From Ascidiella aspersa (taxonomy: Eukaryota), in contig OZ004612.1 in NCBI GenBank assembly GCA_963924565.1, positions 5,084,001 to 5,148,000 of the forward strand: a DNA stretch of 64,000 bases, read 5' to 3'. Each line of letters begins with the position of its first letter. Within the stretch, counting starts at the first letter, position 1. Made by a program: the position numbers and the translations under genes. The notes under the pieces are model-generated. The model ran no database searches and had not been told where the DNA came from. It saw only the letters and a list, made by a program, of their open reading frames with translations. Of this stretch, positions 62,601 through 64,000 are shown one piece after another.

Positions 62601-63740
62601 CCACCAATGGGCAACTAGATGTAGGAGTGATAATTAATTAATAAGGTTAAATTCCTAAATTGTTGTATTGGTATTTTTTACGTGCTGACGAAACGTATGA
62701 AGGGTGAAATACGTTCACCTCTGAATGTACAGCTACTCAACAGATTACACTCGTTTAATGCTACTCTATAAAATGACTTTATTTTGCTGCTACATCTATT
62801 TCCGCTTGTACAGACCTTGGTTTTCAGTCACGTATTTGACACATGAGCTTCCGTGCAGACAGAACGCGAGTGAACGCGGAAAAAGAAGAATCAATCGTGA
62901 AGCGCGTCATCACCAGCTGACGTTTACCGGATGACGTCATGATGTGATGACGTAGGTCACGAGAGAACTTCACGCAACCCAAGTACCGGTAATCATAAAA
63001 TAACCAAGCGTGGACCGAGTTTCGCCGAAAATGAGGCCTAAGTCTAATTTAAGTATTACCGAAGTCGCCCTACCTTCTTCAACCTGGACAATCGATAAGA
63101 CAATCTATTCAGTTTTGTTTTTTTATGACGTCTACAAAGCGGCAATGTCACGTCACAATGTCATCGATCGTATCCTGACATTTCAGATTTAAGCAAGAAA
63201 CACCTTACAAACTTTTAATGTTTTATTTACAATGTAACCCGTGCTACGGATTTCAAATAAGTATACTGTCACCTGGTTTGCAAATAATTAGAATTTATTA
63301 ATTTACTTGCGACTGGCGTAGACAGAAAAAACAATTTTTTGCAAAAAAAACGTAACATGATATATATTGGGCTGACTTTAATTTAGACTGGGGATTTGTA
63401 TACTAAAAGAAACCGTTTTTACCATATTTAAAAGCATTTTTTTAATTGTTTCCTTTTAAACACCTTCAAATTGTTTCGCAAACACACGACTTTTTAAATG
63501 TTTTATATTGCACTGTACGATTTAGGCTTGATTCAACCATTCAAATGCGTAAAGTTACTTGCTGCAAATTCAAACTAGAAAGGCAATTTTTTTCTCACGT
63601 TGTATAGAGATCAATGTACCACACACTTTCCCCAGTAACGCCCTTCGTTGATTTCCAAAGCCCAGTTTCGGCGGGTCTTTTCGAAAACTTGTAAACTTTA
63701 GTGTTGGTCGGTTTGTAAAATACATACACCCTTTGAATGT
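47626..63740 (-). CDS. Paralog (or allele) of the split-lectin/FN3 receptor lacking the TM exon; predicted secreted form; 5' exons lie beyond the window end
   Basis: Exons 63599-63740, 61389-61474, 60157-60327, 59130-59330, 58944-59053, 58740-58838, 57101-57277, 56894-57022, 56764-56830, 55934-56110, 54752-54878, 53951-54039, 53724-53885, 52800-52994, 52298-52407, 51856-51966, 51110-51271, 50104-50220, 49394-49499 are all open with intact splice sites. No TM exon between 48873 and 49394. Splicing to 48873 gives ...PDAS-EGK* (TAA 48863-48865). Tail exons remain down to 47626 but fall out of frame. Confidence 0.78.
53403..53676. mobile_element. MITE of the abundant 'GACTTGAC/AAGTCA' family (representative copy)
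   Basis: TIRs CAGTGTTGTA ... TACAACACTG with internal gacttgac repeats. Many intronic copies: ~1865-2270, 4797-4975, ~5440-5617, ~10205-10594, ~13945-14160, 16081-16347, 19786-~20187, 20357-20780, ~31322-31680 and counterparts in copy 2. Confidence 0.8.
55003..55283. mobile_element. Copy-2-specific foldback/MITE-like insertion built from AAAATGTGCG / CGCACATTTT repeats
   Basis: Absent at the matching copy-1 site (~17512). Flanked by a 9-bp direct repeat GCTTAACGG (54994-55002, 55284-55292). Internally inverted, with a central (CTAACT) microsatellite. A related partial copy at ~34506-34630 shares the CAACAGGGAC end. Confidence 0.75.
60530..60635 (-). mobile_element. tRNA-derived SINE (duplicate of 22735-22840)
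   Basis: Near-identical to the copy-1 element. Confidence 0.72.
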
Positions 63741-64000
63741 CTGTAGATAAATACCGGTAAAAAAGTGAAAGAAGCAATACTCCAACCACTTGTCTGTTAT
63801 ATTACAATACAGGCAAAGTTAGGTGCCAGCTATACAGGTAACTCTATGGGGATTATACAACGATTCTGGATACACTTTTATTTTGGAGTCAACAAACCCC
63901 TTCAAAGTCTGTAAACATGTTTAAGGTATCCTCTGGTTTATTGAAAACTAAAAGAATTTGCTTATACTTAAGGCAACTGTTTAAGAGTAACGCATTTTTA

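Larger units (their letters stand above)
37760..64000 (+). repeat. Segmental duplication, copy 2 (continues past the window end)
   Basis: Starts at gacctaaattgtttat (37760 = 1733); same orientation; many copy-specific indels. Confidence 0.95.

Overview
Eukaryotic, AT-rich, intron-dense animal genomic DNA. It looks like a compact invertebrate genome such as an ascidian, but the taxon cannot be proven from the sequence. The window is mostly a direct duplication: copy 1 spans ~1.73-26.7 kb and copy 2 spans 37.76 kb to the window end, offset ~36-38 kb. Between them lies a unique spacer with a 284-N gap, transposons and an orphan, frameshifted last exon of mevalonate kinase. Each copy holds two convergent genes. 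(i) On +, an SLC6 Na+/Cl- symporter: copy 1 is complete (12 exons, 471-8207, 581 aa) but has unusual gate and pocket residues; copy 2 lacks exons 1-2. (ii) On -, a 26-exon, ~1020-aa type-I receptor that the ORF track does not show and that I rebuilt by hand with consistent splice phases. Its layout is signal peptide - 2 x [C-type-lectin-like domain split by a ~125-135-aa three-repeat insert + two FN3-like domains] - Thr-rich stalk - TM - tail with one YxxQ and two YEN motifs. Copy 2 of this receptor keeps an open ectodomain within the window, but has lost the TM exon (predicted secreted form) and differs mostly by amino-acid changes in the loops of the inserted domain. The best candidate for a new system is therefore a diversifying membrane-receptor / soluble-paralog pair of 'split C-type lectin' proteins, possibly immune or self/non-self recognition. 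Function is inferred, and the two copies could be uncollapsed haplotypes.
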